From Bacilli bacterium (GTDB taxonomy: Bacteria > Bacillota_I > Bacilli_A > RF39 > UBA660): 59,093 nucleotides of DNA. The position numbers were made by a program, and so were the translations under genes. The notes under the pieces were generated by a model. That model was not told where the DNA came from and searched no databases. It saw only the letters and a list, made by a program, of their open reading frames with translations. This document shows positions 48,468-57,352 of this stretch, piece after piece (positions within the stretch are counted from its first letter, which is position 1; every line of letters starts with the position of its first letter). The DNA lies in the NCBI GenBank assembly GCA_017512495.1, contig JAFWGF010000049.1, positions 71,267 to 130,359 of the forward strand. The letters run 5' to 3'.

Positions 48468-48491
48468 AAAAATGTCCATAAAATAAAATGT

Positions 48492-48520
48492 TTGCAATTG
48501 CAAATGTTTTTTGTTATCAT
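48492..48520 (+). promoter_or_regulatory. sigmaA-type promoter with a 14-bp palindrome over the -35
   Basis: TTGCAA, 17-bp spacer, TATCAT; TTTGCAATTGCAAA palindrome at 48491-48504. Confidence 0.5.
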
Positions 48521-48555
48521 AGTAATAGAGTATAGAATAAAGGGAGTAGATAATT

Positions 48556-49593
48556 ATGAAATTTGAACTATCATGGTTTACAACTTTACCGGGACTTTTA
48601 ATAACAGGTGGAGTTGGAGTATTAATTATAGCTTTAGTAATATTAATTATTACAGGAAAAAAATCTAAGAAGGAGAAAAAAGCGAGTGAGGAAACTACTC
48701 CTGCAGATCAAAATGCAACAGCAACAGCTGGAGAAGTAGCTGCACCGGTAGCTGGAGCAGATCCAATTGCCACTCCAGTAGCTGCGGATCCAATTGCTAC
48801 ACCAGTAGCTGAACCAGCAATGGTTGAGCCAACACCAGTAATGGTAGATCCAATGGCAGCACCAGTTGCAGAACCAGCAATGGTTGAACCAACACCAGTG
48901 ATGGTAGATCCAATGGCAGCACCAGTTGTAGAACCAGCAATGCCTGAAGCAGCACCAGTGATGCCAGAACCAATGGCAGCACCAGTTGTAGAACCAGCAA
49001 TGCCTGAAGCAGCACCAGTGATGCCAGAACCAATGGCAGCACCAGTTGTAGAACCAGCAATGCCTGAAGCAACACCGGTGATGCCAGAACCAATGGCAGC
49101 ACCAGTTGTAGAACCAGCTGTACCAGAAGCCGCTCCAATGATGCCTGAGGCAGCACCAGTTGCTCCTGAAGTTGCATCAGAACCAGCACCAGTAATTTAT
49201 GGTGGAGCAAGTCCAGTTGTTGATAATATTAATGTTAATCAAGATACAAATCATCAAATTTATGGTGGTGCGGATCCTTTAGAAAATACACAAACAATGC
49301 CTTCTGTTGCACCAGCTGTACCAGAAGCAGCTCCAGCAATGCCTGAGGCAGCGCCAATGGCACCAGTTGTACCAGAAGCAGCTCCAGCAATGCCTGAAGC
49401 AGCACCAATGGCACCAGCTGTACCAGAAGCCGTTCCAGCAATGCCTGAAGCAGCACCAATGGCACCAGTTGTACCAGAAGCAGCTCCAGCAATGCCTGAG
49501 GCAGCACCAATGGCACCAGCTGTACCAGCAGCTCCAGCAATGCCTGAAGCAGTACCAGTTGCACCAGCTGCGCCAGTAAATCCAGTACAATAA
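48556..49593 (+). CDS. N-terminally anchored Pro/Ala/Met-rich repeat protein
   Basis: TM helix at aa ~12-32; tandem PEAAP(A/V)M repeats; two IYGGA motifs; followed by terminator 49592-49615. Confidence 0.8.
   Translation: MKFELSWFTTLPGLLITGGVGVLIIALVILIITGKKSKKEKKASEETTPADQNATATAGEVAAPVAGADPIATPVAADPIATPVAEPAMVEPTPVMVDPMAAPVAEPAMVEPTPVMVDPMAAPVVEPAMPEAAPVMPEPMAAPVVEPAMPEAAPVMPEPMAAPVVEPAMPEATPVMPEPMAAPVVEPAVPEAAPMMPEAAPVAPEVASEPAPVIYGGASPVVDNINVNQDTNHQIYGGADPLENTQTMPSVAPAVPEAAPAMPEAAPMAPVVPEAAPAMPEAAPMAPAVPEAVPAMPEAAPMAPVVPEAAPAMPEAAPMAPAVPAAPAMPEAVPVAPAAPVNPVQ
48811..49110 (+). repeat. Coding tandem repeat, 5 x 60 bp (20 aa)
   Basis: Unit GAACCAGCAATG...GCAGCACCAGTTG(C/T)A starts at 48811, 48871, 48931, 48991 and 49051. 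Confidence 0.92.
49321..49524 (+). repeat. Coding tandem repeat, 4 x 51 bp (17 aa)
   Basis: Unit CCAGAAGC..CTCCAGCAATGCCTGA.GCAGC.CCAATGGCACCAG.TGTA starts at 49321, 49372, 49423 and 49474. Confidence 0.9.
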
Positions 49594-49665
49594 GCATTCG
49601 AAAGAATGCTTTTTTCTTTGTTTGAAATAGAAACAAAAAATGATATAATACTAGTAGGTGATACC

Positions 49666-50814
49666 ATGAAAAAAATATCTATTTTAGCTTTACATTTAGG
49701 ATATGGTGGAATTGAAAAATGCATAGTAAATTTAGCTAATACTTTATGTAAAAAATATGATGTTGAAATTGCAACTTGCTATAAATTATATGAAAAAAGT
49801 GCTTTTAAATTAAATGATAAAGTCAAAGTTAAATATTTAAATAAAGAATTAAAACCAAATCATGAAACATTAAGAAGTGCTTTAAGAAGTAAAAATATTT
49901 TTAAAATTTGTAAAGAATTAGCTTTTTCTACAAAAGTTTTATATTATCGTAAGAAAACAATGGTTCAATATATTAAGAATTCTGATAGTGATGTAATCAT
50001 TTCTACTAGAGATATATTTAATTATTGGTTAAGTGGATATTGTCCTGATGGAGTTTTAAAAATTGGCTGGGAACATAATCACTTTCATGAAAACTTAAAA
50101 TACGCTACTAAGGTAATTAATAGTGCTAAAAATTTAGATTTCTTAGTTCTAGTATCTTCAGAGTTACAAAAGTTTTATGCATCTCATTTACAGAATACTG
50201 GTTGTATGTGTATCTATATTCCAAATTCAATAGATGAACTTCCTCGTAAAGTAGCCCAACTAAAAGAAAAAAGATTAGTATCAGTAGGTAGATTATCTCC
50301 AGAAAAAGGATATTTAGATTTATTGAAAATTTTTAATAAATTGGTTAAAAATCATCCGGATTGGACATTAGATATTATCGGTGATGGAGCTGAAAAAGAT
50401 AAATTAAAAAAATATATAGAGAAAAATGAATTGAGCAATAAAGTTACTCTTCATGGATTTCAAGGTAAAGAATATATTGATAAAGTACTAGATAATTCAT
50501 CAATTTATTTAATGACATCTTATACTGAATCATTTGGGATAGTTCTAATTGAAGCGATGAGTCATGGTGTACCATGTATTGCTTTTGATTCAGCTGAAGG
50601 AGCAAAAGAAATAATTAATAGTGGAGAAAATGGCTATTTAATAAAGAATAGAAGTTTTGATGCGATGATTATGAAAATAGAAGATTTAATCAAAGATCGT
50701 GATGAACGACTAAGAATTGGTAAACAAGCAAGAGAAAGTGTAAAAAAATATACTAGTAGTATTGTTGGGGAAGAGTGGATTACATTAATAGAAGAGAGTG
50801 ATATTTATGACTAA
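49666..50814 (+). CDS. GT4-family glycosyltransferase
   Basis: Likely start ATG 49666; GGIEK, VGRLSPEKG, TESFGIVLIEAMSHGVPCI motifs. Confidence 0.92.
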   Translation: MKKISILALHLGYGGIEKCIVNLANTLCKKYDVEIATCYKLYEKSAFKLNDKVKVKYLNKELKPNHETLRSALRSKNIFKICKELAFSTKVLYYRKKTMVQYIKNSDSDVIISTRDIFNYWLSGYCPDGVLKIGWEHNHFHENLKYATKVINSAKNLDFLVLVSSELQKFYASHLQNTGCMCIYIPNSIDELPRKVAQLKEKRLVSVGRLSPEKGYLDLLKIFNKLVKNHPDWTLDIIGDGAEKDKLKKYIEKNELSNKVTLHGFQGKEYIDKVLDNSSIYLMTSYTESFGIVLIEAMSHGVPCIAFDSAEGAKEIINSGENGYLIKNRSFDAMIMKIEDLIKDRDERLRIGKQARESVKKYTSSIVGEEWITLIEESDIYD

Positions 50815-51283
50815 AAGAAGAGTAATGTTTATTTCTTCAACAGGAGGACATTTACATGAATTATTACAATTGAAGAAAATGTTTAAAAACTATGAATATT
50901 CTCTTATTACAGAAAAAACAAAATCAAATTTATATTTAAAAGAAGAGTATGGTAAAAGAGTAAAATTTCTAATATATGGAACAAAACATCATATATTAAC
51001 TTATCCTTTCAAGTTATTAGCTAATTGCTTTATTAGTTTATACTACTATTTAAAATTTAGACCTGATTATATTATTACAACCGGTGTTCATACAGCTGGA
51101 CCTATGTGTTGTATTGGAAAAATATTTGGAAGTAAAATTATCTATATTGAAACTTTTGCTAATATGGTTACTAAAACAGCTACAGGAAGATTAGTATATC
51201 CAATTTCTGATAAATTTATAGTTCAATGGGAAAGTATGAAAAATCTATATCCAAAAGCTGATTTTGGGGGGTGGATTTTCTAA
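50807..51283 (+). CDS. PssD/Cps14F (Alg14-like) polysaccharide biosynthesis protein
   Basis: SSTGGHL, PDYIITTG, IYIETFA, VQWE motifs. Confidence 0.9.
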   Translation: MTKRRVMFISSTGGHLHELLQLKKMFKNYEYSLITEKTKSNLYLKEEYGKRVKFLIYGTKHHILTYPFKLLANCFISLYYYLKFRPDYIITTGVHTAGPMCCIGKIFGSKIIYIETFANMVTKTATGRLVYPISDKFIVQWESMKNLYPKADFGGWIF

Positions 51284-51810
51284 TGATATTAGTTATTTTA
51301 GGTACTCAAGATAAAGAATTTCCAAGATTATTAGAAGCTGTAGATAAACAAATAAAAAAAGGTAATATCAAGGATAAAGTAATTGTTCAAGCTGGTCAAA
51401 CAAAATATGAATCAAAGAATATGGAAATTTTTGATTTATTACCAGCTCCAGAATTTGAAAAACTAATGAACAAAGCTAATTTAATTATTACTCATGGTGG
51501 AGTGGGAAGCATTTTATCAGCAATAAAAAAAGGAAAAAAAGTAATTGCTGCAGCTAGATTAGAAAAATATAAGGAACATCATAATGATCATCAGAAACAA
51601 ATAATTGCAGAATTTGCTAAACAAGGTTATTTATTAGAATTAGAAAACTTTGATGATTTAGGTAATTTGATTAAAAAAATGGAAAAGTTTAAACCAAAGA
51701 AATTTGTTAGTAATACAAATAATATGATAAAACTATTAGAAAACTATATCGAAGATACAAATAATACTTCATGGCTTAATAGAATCTTTGGTAGTAAAAA
51801 GAAAAAGTAA
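51283..51810 (+). CDS. PssE/Cps14G (Alg13-like) glycosyltransferase
   Basis: ILVILGTQ..F.RL, IITHGGVGS, EHHNDHQ motifs. Confidence 0.9.
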   Translation: MILVILGTQDKEFPRLLEAVDKQIKKGNIKDKVIVQAGQTKYESKNMEIFDLLPAPEFEKLMNKANLIITHGGVGSILSAIKKGKKVIAAARLEKYKEHHNDHQKQIIAEFAKQGYLLELENFDDLGNLIKKMEKFKPKKFVSNTNNMIKLLENYIEDTNNTSWLNRIFGSKKKK

Positions 51811-51904
51811 ATACAGTGTAAAGAAAAGAGTAAAGTAACTCTTTCTTTTTTTGATTCTGTGTACATTTTACAAGGCGTTTGTTAAAATTATAATAGGTGA
51901 TAAT

Positions 51905-52492
51905 ATGAAAGCAAAATTAGCAGGTTTAGATACTATAAAAATAGCACATATATTAATGACTATTAGTTTTGTAATGATTATTTCTGGAGGAGTATCTTCA
52001 TTTGTTCTAGGCTTAAAAGCAGATAAATTAGAAACTCAAAAAAGAATAAACGTAGTTAATGATGAGTTTGAAATATTAAGTGCTAATACTTCTGTGTTTG
52101 AAACAGTTAGAGATGAATTATATTCTGATACGCTAAGTAATGTATATTACGATACTTTGTATAGTGATGATAAAAAGATAAAAGAAAAGCTTTCTAATTA
52201 TGAAAACCTAGTTGATGAATTACAAAAAACTACAGTTAAATTAGATAAATTATGTAAGGATGTATATTATCCTGATATTGAAGCTAATACTAAATGTAGT
52301 AACTATAAGAGTATTTATGAACAAGTAAATAATTATTTTATTAGCGATATTAATTTATATAATAAAAACATTGATAAGTATAATGAATATCAAAAGAATA
52401 ATAATTTTAATTTAAAAATAGAAAAATACAAATTAAGAAAACAATATATTGATTATGATGGAGATAAAAAATACGACGGTAAAGAGGGATAA
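51905..52492 (+). CDS. Membrane-anchored coiled-coil hypothetical protein
   Basis: Likely start ATG 51905; TM helix then helical domain ending DYDGDKKYDG. Confidence 0.7.
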   Translation: MKAKLAGLDTIKIAHILMTISFVMIISGGVSSFVLGLKADKLETQKRINVVNDEFEILSANTSVFETVRDELYSDTLSNVYYDTLYSDDKKIKEKLSNYENLVDELQKTTVKLDKLCKDVYYPDIEANTKCSNYKSIYEQVNNYFISDINLYNKNIDKYNEYQKNNNFNLKIEKYKLRKQYIDYDGDKKYDGKEG

Positions 52493-52494
52493 TT

Positions 52495-53541
52495 ATGTTT
52501 AAAAAAAAGGATAATAAAGTTAAATATAAATGGCCTTTTGGTAGAAAAGTTATTGCAGGTATATGTATAGTATATATAGTAGGCTTTTCTTCTTTTTTAT
52601 TCCTTTTTTATGGACCATTTAATAAATTTAAAGAATTTTGGATTACTAGTGCAATGACTACTATGAATCATCAATATTTAGCTACATGGATATATAGTGA
52701 TGAGTATATTCAAAAAGTATTAAAAAATAATAGTATTATTGAAGTAAAAGAAATATCTGATCCCAATATGATTAAATTTAGGAAGTATACAACTACTATT
52801 TATAGAAATAAATATGAAAAAGAGATATTAGATAAAACTCCAGGAAATGATTTATATAAAGTAATTGATATTACTGGAAAAGGTTATCAAGGATTTTTAG
52901 TGGCTATATATGATCCTTCTAGAGTATCTGTTGCGACAACTTCAAAAATAGGAGTAGCAGGAGAATCAATACTAACTGTTAGTAAAAGAGAAAAAGCAAT
53001 TATTGCAATGAATGCTGGTGGTTTCTATGATCCTGATTGGAATAGTAATGGGGCCTTACCTCATGGAACTGTAATTTCTAATGGTAAAGTAGTTAGTGAT
53101 TATAAAGATGCTGGTATGAGTGGAGGATTCATTGGTTTTAATGATGAAAATAAGTTAATTCTAGGAAATATGAGTAAAGAAAAAGCTGTTAGTATGGGAT
53201 TACGTGATGCGATTGAATTTGGTCCTTTCCTAATAGTTAATGGTAAAAGAAGCTTCATTCGAGGAAATGGTGGTTGGGGTATTGCTCCAAGAAGTGCCAT
53301 TGGGCAAAGACAAGATGGTATTGTTTTATTCTTAGTCATTAATGGTAGATTAACTACAAGTATTGGTGCCGATATGATAGATTTGTGTGATATTATGGAA
53401 CGTTATGGTGCTTATAATGCTGCTAACTTAGATGGAGGATCTTCTTCAGAATTAGTAATAAATAATGAAATAATTAATACTCCAGTTGCTGGAGGAAAAG
53501 ATGGTCTTCGTGATATGTCTACTTTCTGGGTAGTTAAGTAA
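52495..53541 (+). CDS. Phosphodiester glycosidase (NAGPA-like/EpsL) family protein 1
   Basis: NAGGF, EFGPFLIVNG, APRSAIGQ, AANLDGGSSS motifs; N-terminal TM. Confidence 0.88.
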   Translation: MFKKKDNKVKYKWPFGRKVIAGICIVYIVGFSSFLFLFYGPFNKFKEFWITSAMTTMNHQYLATWIYSDEYIQKVLKNNSIIEVKEISDPNMIKFRKYTTTIYRNKYEKEILDKTPGNDLYKVIDITGKGYQGFLVAIYDPSRVSVATTSKIGVAGESILTVSKREKAIIAMNAGGFYDPDWNSNGALPHGTVISNGKVVSDYKDAGMSGGFIGFNDENKLILGNMSKEKAVSMGLRDAIEFGPFLIVNGKRSFIRGNGGWGIAPRSAIGQRQDGIVLFLVINGRLTTSIGADMIDLCDIMERYGAYNAANLDGGSSSELVINNEIINTPVAGGKDGLRDMSTFWVVK

Positions 53542-53553
53542 TGGAGGTATAGT

Positions 53554-53922
53554 ATGCTTATCTCAACTCAAGCTTGTCAGGATAAAGCTCTAGCAGGAAT
53601 TTTATATACAGTAAAAAATGTCTTATTAATTATTCAATTAGCAGTACCAATTATTTTAATAGTATTTGCTACTTATGGATTATTTAAAATGATGACTGAT
53701 CCTGATGATAAAAAATCTAAGAAAAAAATTATTAATATGTTTATCGCAGCTATTGTAGTATTTTTAATCCCAGCTATGGTTAATGGAACAATGGCAATTA
53801 TTGGAGACAACTCAAAATTTAGTAGTTGTTGGAATAATGCAAAAAAAATAACTGGTAATAGTCAATATATACCAATAGATTACAACGAAAATAGGCAAAA
53901 CATTGTTTCTTCAGATGATTAA
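53554..53922 (+). CDS. TrbC/VirB2-like two-helix pilin
   Basis: Cys, then helix 1 (IIQLAVPIILIV), basic loop, helix 2 (IAAIVVFLIP), then a Cys (CW); resembles the Mbov_0395-type pilin-like family. Confidence 0.55.
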   Translation: MLISTQACQDKALAGILYTVKNVLLIIQLAVPIILIVFATYGLFKMMTDPDDKKSKKKIINMFIAAIVVFLIPAMVNGTMAIIGDNSKFSSCWNNAKKITGNSQYIPIDYNENRQNIVSSDD

Positions 53923-53985
53923 TTTGGCCAAAAATAAGAGGATAAAGCTTGTACTTATCCTTTTTATTTGGTATAATTTTTTAAG

Positions 53986-55347
53986 ATGGAGAATATGAGT
54001 ATGGCAAGAAAAAATAAACGTAGACATCTATATGGTAGAAAAGAATTTCTATTTAACTTCTTTAGTTTAATTATAGTTATAGGGATTGGTATATACTTTG
54101 GTTATAGGAGTCTTTATTACTATAGTAAACAACATATGGTTAAACAAGGGAATAATCAAACTCTATCAGAAGTTATTATAAATAGTAATCGTCTAATTAC
54201 TGATGGAGATGGTTTTCATAAAGATCACGATGGGTATTATTTTAAAGGTAATGTTGTTAATAATTATGTGAGTTTTGCGAATAGAAAATATAGAATTATT
54301 AGAATTAATAATGATGGAAGTATCAAACTAATTACAGATGAAAACGTAGCTTCATTCCTTTGGGGAGATGAGACTTCATATAGTAAATCTAATGTTCATC
54401 ATTGGTTAGAAAAAACAGAAGAAGAGAATTCTGGCACATATTATGAAACAATTCCTAATATCACTAAATTTTTAGTAAAAACAGATTACCAAGAAAATAT
54501 TTTAAAAGATGAAAAAGTCAAAAAATCAGATAAAACATTTAGTGATTATGTTACAACTTTAACAATTGATGATTATGTAACTGCTAACGGCAAAAATAGT
54601 TATTTAAATAATGGTAAAATATTCTATTTATTAGGATTAAATGCCGATAAGAATAATTTATATATTGAAGATGATGGAGCTGTTACTGACGGGGATAATC
54701 TAAGTGGTTATGGAATAAGAGCGGTAATTACTTTAAATAAAAATGTTATTAATGCTTTTGGTGATGGAAGTGTTGATAATCCATATACAGTTCAACAAGG
54801 TAAAGATACTAATTATGTTAATACTGTAGTAAAACTAGGTGAAGATAACTGGAAAGTATATAGAGAAGAAACAGATAAATTAAGACTAGTAAAGATGGAT
54901 TATATAAAAGAAAACGATCAAGAAGTTATTCATCAATTTAGTAAAAAGACTAATACTTTTGATTTAGAAGATAAAACTAATATCGCAGTTTATTTAAATA
55001 ATAATTATTTGAACAGTCTTAGTTATAAAGATTTAATTGTTGATAATACATATTATACTGGAGAAACAAGTACAGATACTGGTTATTCTTATAAAAATAT
55101 TTATAGTAATCAAGTTACTTGTAAAGTAGCTCTATTAAATGTTTTTGACTATAATTCAAATGATTTTAATGATTTCTTTTATATGAACACAATTCAAGGA
55201 GTTCTACAATATGTAGGATTTAGTAGTGGATTATTAGAAGAAGCAGAAATAACTGAAGAAAAACATATTGTTCCAGTTATTTCAATTGATAAAAATATAA
55301 TAAAAGATGGAAAAGGAACTTTAACAGAACCATATACAGTGGGGTGA
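53986..55347 (+). CDS. Membrane-anchored protein with two DUF6273-like domains
   Basis: TM helix; YRIIRINNDGSIKLI...GIRAVITL...GDGSVDNPY and WKVY...IVPVISI...GKGTLTEPY. Confidence 0.55.
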   Translation: MENMSMARKNKRRHLYGRKEFLFNFFSLIIVIGIGIYFGYRSLYYYSKQHMVKQGNNQTLSEVIINSNRLITDGDGFHKDHDGYYFKGNVVNNYVSFANRKYRIIRINNDGSIKLITDENVASFLWGDETSYSKSNVHHWLEKTEEENSGTYYETIPNITKFLVKTDYQENILKDEKVKKSDKTFSDYVTTLTIDDYVTANGKNSYLNNGKIFYLLGLNADKNNLYIEDDGAVTDGDNLSGYGIRAVITLNKNVINAFGDGSVDNPYTVQQGKDTNYVNTVVKLGEDNWKVYREETDKLRLVKMDYIKENDQEVIHQFSKKTNTFDLEDKTNIAVYLNNNYLNSLSYKDLIVDNTYYTGETSTDTGYSYKNIYSNQVTCKVALLNVFDYNSNDFNDFFYMNTIQGVLQYVGFSSGLLEEAEITEEKHIVPVISIDKNIIKDGKGTLTEPYTVG

Positions 55348-55351
55348 ACAC

Positions 55352-56419
55352 ATGAAGAAAAAGAAGAAAGTACGCTTAAAAATTAGTATATTTACACTTC
55401 TTATATGTTGTTTAGATTTATTGGTAATTACAGGTTTACTAGTAATTCATAGTTATAAATTTAAGTCATTTTGGATTCCTACAGCTATGACTACTATGTC
55501 ACATAAGTATTTAGCTTATACTTTATATGATGAAGATGTAGTTAATAAGATAATGAGTGAAAACTATGTTGAAGATACTAATGAGGAAGTCAATTTAGAT
55601 GATATTATAATTGGTGATAGTAGTAAAAAACATTATTCTAATAAATATGAAAAAGAATTATTTACAAAAGACAAAGGAAATGAAGTGTATAAAACTATTA
55701 GAATTATTGAGCCTAAGTTTAAAGGCTGGCTAATTGGTGTCTATGATCCTAGTGATATTGAACTTGCAGTTAGTAATAGACTAGGCAAAGGTGGACAATC
55801 TGTTAATAAATTAGTTACTAGTCATGAAGGATTAGTTGGAATTAATGGTGGAGGTTTTGAAGACTTAGATGGTTGGGGTAATGGTTCTATTCCATATGGA
55901 GCTATTATTCAAAATGGAAAACTTATTTGGACACATCCAGGAGGTTCTGGAGGATTAATAGGTTTTACAAATGATCATAAGATGTATCTAACTGATAAAG
56001 CACCTAAAGATGCTATTGCAGATGGTATGAAAGAAGCTGTTGAATTTGGACCGTTCTTAATTGTTAATGGAAAAACAACTAAAATTCATGGTGATGGAGG
56101 TTGGGGTACTGCACCAAGAAGTGTTATTGCTCAAAGAAAAGATGGAGTAGTACTATTATTAATAATTGAAGGAAGACTTCCAGGATATAGTATTGGAGCA
56201 ACCCTAAATGATGTTATTAATATTTTAGCTAGGTATAAAGCTTATAATGCAGCTAACTTAGATGGAGGAGCATCATCTACAATGAGTATTGAAGGTAAAT
56301 TATGGAATAGACCTTCAGCGGGTGGAGAATACGGAGGTAGAACTGTATCTAATGCTTGGATAGTTACTAATAAAAACAATAAACCTGCACAAGCTCCTGA
56401 TAAGAAAAATTACAAGTAG
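55352..56419 (+). CDS. Phosphodiester glycosidase (NAGPA-like/EpsL) family protein 2
   Basis: INGGGF, EFGPFLIVNG, APRSVIAQ, AANLDGGASS; paralog of 52495..53541. Confidence 0.88.
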   Translation: MKKKKKVRLKISIFTLLICCLDLLVITGLLVIHSYKFKSFWIPTAMTTMSHKYLAYTLYDEDVVNKIMSENYVEDTNEEVNLDDIIIGDSSKKHYSNKYEKELFTKDKGNEVYKTIRIIEPKFKGWLIGVYDPSDIELAVSNRLGKGGQSVNKLVTSHEGLVGINGGGFEDLDGWGNGSIPYGAIIQNGKLIWTHPGGSGGLIGFTNDHKMYLTDKAPKDAIADGMKEAVEFGPFLIVNGKTTKIHGDGGWGTAPRSVIAQRKDGVVLLLIIEGRLPGYSIGATLNDVINILARYKAYNAANLDGGASSTMSIEGKLWNRPSAGGEYGGRTVSNAWIVTNKNNKPAQAPDKKNYK

Positions 56420-56460
56420 AGATTTCTCTACTTTTTTGTTATAATAAAAATGGTGATTAT

Positions 56461-57306
56461 ATGGGATTATTTAGTAAAGACAGAAGAGATGGAAAATATA
56501 TTAAACCTCAAGGATCAATCGCAGTATTATTTCCATTTATATTTGATAGAAGAACAGATGCGGAAGTATCAACAACTATTGATTTTGATTTAGAAGAATT
56601 ATGCAGATGGGTAGATAAACAAAATAAAGATGGTAATTTAGAATATAAAATGACTTATTTCCAAGCAATACTTGCTTGCTTTGGGAAAGTATTCTTTAAT
56701 CGTAATAGACTAAATCGTTTTATTCAGAATAAAAGATTATATGAAAGAGATAAAATTACTTTTGCTTTTATAGCTAAAGATAAATTTACTGATAATGCAG
56801 ATGAAAAGATTATTTGTTTAGAATTAGATCCTAAAGATACCGGACTAGATATGACTCATAAAATGGCCATTGATGTTTTTAAGACTAAGAGTGAAGGTAA
56901 GAATGATTTTGATGATACTTTAAAAATATTTACTAGTTTACCTAAATGGTTATTGGGTTTAATAGTTAGATTTGTTAAATTTTTAGATAAACATGGTTGG
57001 AATCCTAAAGCTCTTACTGAAGGAGATACTAATTATTCAACTGTTATTTTTAGTAATTTAGGTAGTATTAAATCTAATTCTTGTTATCATCATTTGAATG
57101 AATATGGTACTAATTCAATAGTAATTACTATTGGTACTATTAAAGAAGTAAAAGGTAGAAGAATGGTAGATATGACTTTTACTTTAGATGAAAGAATAGC
57201 TGATGGTTTTTACTTTGCTAAGAGTGTTAATATGGCTCAAGAGATTGCTAATAAACCAGAATTATTAGAAGAAAAAATAAGTGCTAAATATGAATATAAA
57301 GACTAG
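56461..57306 (+). CDS. Stand-alone 2-oxoacid dehydrogenase E2-like (CAT-fold) acyltransferase domain
   Basis: FSNLGSI, ITIGTI and DERIADG (canonical DHRxxDG); no lipoyl or binding domains. Confidence 0.8.
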   Translation: MGLFSKDRRDGKYIKPQGSIAVLFPFIFDRRTDAEVSTTIDFDLEELCRWVDKQNKDGNLEYKMTYFQAILACFGKVFFNRNRLNRFIQNKRLYERDKITFAFIAKDKFTDNADEKIICLELDPKDTGLDMTHKMAIDVFKTKSEGKNDFDDTLKIFTSLPKWLLGLIVRFVKFLDKHGWNPKALTEGDTNYSTVIFSNLGSIKSNSCYHHLNEYGTNSIVITIGTIKEVKGRRMVDMTFTLDERIADGFYFAKSVNMAQEIANKPELLEEKISAKYEYKD

Positions 57307-57352
57307 ACAATAGTCTTTATTTGTTATAAAATGTTATTCCTTTGGAGGAATT

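Noticed and set aside
48797-49724. CRISPR array, and the five alternative-frame or antisense ORFs over the 60-bp and 51-bp repeats
   Set aside because: The repeats are contiguous, codon-multiple and lack unique spacers; the extra ORFs are shadows of the stop-poor Pro/Ala repeat.
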